A stretch of DNA of 541 nt, taken from the sequence record EF517044.1. One strand, 5' to 3'. This document shows, piece by piece, positions 1 to 541 of this stretch. The position numbers and the translations under genes were made by a program. Under the pieces are notes generated by a model, which was not told the origin of the DNA, did no database searches, and was given only the letters and a program-made list of their open reading frames with translations. Within the stretch, counting starts at the first letter, position 1; each line of letters begins with the position of its first letter. Source of the stretch: a phage.

Positions 1-1
1 T

Positions 2-292
2 ACTGTGGAGGCAGGACGAGATGAGATGGCTGTAGGCTCTCACGCTAAGGATTACAACCACAACTCTATCGGCGTCTGCCTTGTTGGTGGTATCGACGAT
101 AAAGGTAAGTTCGATGCTAACTTTACGCCAGTCCAAATGCAATCCCTTCGCTCACTGCTTGTCACACTGCTGGCTAAGTACGAAGGCGCTGTGCTTCGCG
201 CCCATCATGAGGTGGCGTCGAAGGCTTGCCCTTCGTTCGACCTTAAGCGTTGGTGGGAGAAGAACGAACTGGTCACTTCTGACCGTGGATGA
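2..292 (+). CDS. 3.5: T7-type lysozyme / N-acetylmuramoyl-L-alanine amidase, C-terminal ~96 codons; 5' end lies upstream of the window
   Basis: Open frame from window position 2 (codon ACT) to TGA at 290-292 translates to TVEAGRDEMAVGSHAKDYNHNSIGVCLVGGIDDKGKFDANFTPVQMQSLRSLLVTLLAKYEGAVLRAHHEVASKACPSFDLKRWWEKNELVTSDRG. From memory this is near-identical to the C-terminal part of T7 gp3.5, including the zinc-ligand/catalytic residues His122 (CAT 203-205), Lys128 (AAG 221-223) and Cys130 (TGC 227-229). The ORF track's start at position 5 is an internal GTG valine codon, not the true start. Not verified by database search. Confidence 0.9.
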   Translation, partial: TVEAGRDEMAVGSHAKDYNHNSIGVCLVGGIDDKGKFDANFTPVQMQSLRSLLVTLLAKYEGAVLRAHHEVASKACPSFDLKRWWEKNELVTSDRG

Positions 293-293
293 T

Positions 294-316
294 TAATTGA
301 ACTCACTAAAGGGAGA
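294..316 (+). promoter_or_regulatory. T7 RNA polymerase class II promoter (phi3.8-like), -17 to +6; predicted transcription start at G311
   Basis: TAATTGAACTCACTAAAGGGAGA at 294-316 aligns without gaps to the T7 promoter consensus TAATACGACTCACTATAGGGAGA, with 19 of 23 matches. Mismatches are at -13 (298), -12 (299), -11 (300) and -2 (309); the -10 to -3 core ACTCACT and the +1 to +6 GGGAGA are intact. Position immediately upstream of the gp3.8-like ORF fits T7 phi3.8. Confidence 0.85.
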
Positions 317-334
317 CCACAGCGATTTCCCTTT
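308..334 (+). other. 5' leader RNA stem-loop (GGGAGA...UUUCCC type) at the start of the phi3.8 transcript
   Basis: Inverted repeat seen directly: aaaggga (308-314) pairs with tcccttt (328-334). It extends by g315-t327 (G-U) and a316-t326, around a 9-nt loop ccacagcga (317-325). The part within the transcript (311-331) resembles the 5' GGGAGACC...GGUUUCCC hairpin found at the start of T7 late transcripts such as the phi10 leader. Confidence 0.5.
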
Positions 335-343
335 GTTCGCATT

Positions 344-349
344 GGAGGT
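344..349 (+). promoter_or_regulatory. Shine-Dalgarno sequence for the gp3.8-like gene
   Basis: GGAGGT at 344-349, with 7 nt between GGAGG and the ATG at 356-358. Confidence 0.75.
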
Positions 350-355
350 CAAATA

Positions 356-541
356 ATGCGCAAGTCTTATAAACAATTCTATAAGGCTCCGAGGAGGCAT
401 ATCCAAGTGTGGGAGGCAGCCAATGGGCCTATACCAAAAGGTTATTATATAGACCACATTGACGGTAATCCACTCAACGACGCCTTAGACAATCTCCGTC
501 TGACTCTCCCAAAAGAAAACTCATGGAACATGAAGACTCCA
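356..541 (+). CDS. 3.8: HNH endonuclease-like protein (T7 gp3.8 homolog), N-terminal 62 codons; 3' end lies beyond the window
   Basis: ATG at 356 preceded by a strong SD; frame is open to the window end (no stop, so not in the ORF track). Translation: MRKSYKQFYKAPRRHIQVWEAANGPIPKGYYIDHIDGNPLNDALDNLRLTLPKENSWNMKTP. It contains a DHIDGN...N...NLR...EN motif (codons 452-520) typical of HNH (HNH_3-type) nucleases and matches my recollection of T7 gp3.8. Confidence 0.85.
   Translation, partial: MRKSYKQFYKAPRRHIQVWEAANGPIPKGYYIDHIDGNPLNDALDNLRLTLPKENSWNMKTP

Larger units (their letters stand above)
292..357 (+). promoter_or_regulatory. Candidate RNase III processing hairpin (R3.8-like) in read-through transcripts; extended imperfect stem enclosing the promoter and SD
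   Basis: By eye, attaattga (292-300) pairs with tcaaataat (349-357) at 8 of 9 positions (a296/a353 mismatch). Together with the inner stem 307-316/326-335 and an asymmetric internal loop, this gives a long imperfect hairpin of about 20 bp. T7 is known to have an RNase III site (R3.8) just upstream of gene 3.8; its exact position is from memory and not verified. Confidence 0.35.

Noticed and set aside
5-7. GTG at position 5 given as the start of the 95-aa ORF in the track
   Set aside because: This is an internal valine codon of the lysozyme gene (…GTVEAGRDE…). The true start lies upstream of the window, so the CDS is annotated as 5'-partial from position 2.
81-296. ORF-track entry of 71 aa in the +3 frame (MLVVSTIKVSSMLTLRQSKCNPFAHCLSHCWLSTKALCFAPIMRWRRRLALRSTLSVGGRRTNWSLLTVDD)
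   Set aside because: It lies entirely inside the well-supported lysozyme reading frame in an alternative frame, has no recognisable Shine-Dalgarno upstream, and its translation is low-complexity and Arg/Leu/Ser-rich as expected from out-of-frame reading. No homology recognised. Most likely a spurious overlapping ORF.
308-340. Possible intrinsic (rho-independent) terminator between the two genes: stem 308-316/326-334 followed by T-rich tttgtt
   Set aside because: The stem is short and AU-rich (only three G-C pairs), and the T-run is part of the 3' arm of the stem rather than a free downstream U-tract. The element coincides with the promoter +1 region and 5' leader hairpin, so it is better explained as a leader structure or RNase III site than as a terminator.
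1-541. Minus-strand coding capacity, CRISPR repeats, tRNA, IS or transposon ends
   Set aside because: No minus-strand ORFs appear in the six-frame track, which fits the uniformly co-directional T7 gene organisation. I saw no direct repeat arrays, tRNA-like cloverleaf signatures or terminal inverted repeats of mobile elements on reading the window.
1-541. Hypothesis that the window encodes a novel, undescribed system
   Set aside because: Both ORFs and the intergenic promoter are recognisable as the T7 gene 3.5 / phi3.8 / gene 3.8 locus. The window is fully accounted for by known phage functions; only sequence-variant and RNA-structure questions remain open.

Overview
This window matches the bacteriophage T7 (Teseptimavirus-like) gene 3.5 to gene 3.8 junction, recognised from memory rather than by any database search. 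It holds, all on the + strand: (i) the 3' two-thirds of the T7 lysozyme / N-acetylmuramoyl-L-alanine amidase gene (gene 3.5), ending at TGA 290-292; (ii) a T7 RNA polymerase class II promoter of the phi3.8 type, starting at 294 directly after that stop codon, with predicted +1 at G311; (iii) a short 5' leader with a GGGAGA/UUUCCC stem-loop and a GGAGGT ribosome-binding site; and (iv) the 5' part of an HNH-endonuclease-like gene (T7 gp3.8-like) from ATG 356 running off the window end. I see nothing that I would call a previously undescribed system. The points worth a second look are three possible missense differences in the lysozyme (one beside the catalytic lysine), a long imperfect hairpin that may be the RNase III processing site, and the putative homing-endonuclease nature of the downstream gene. 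Nothing here was verified by search; all comparisons to T7 are from recollection.
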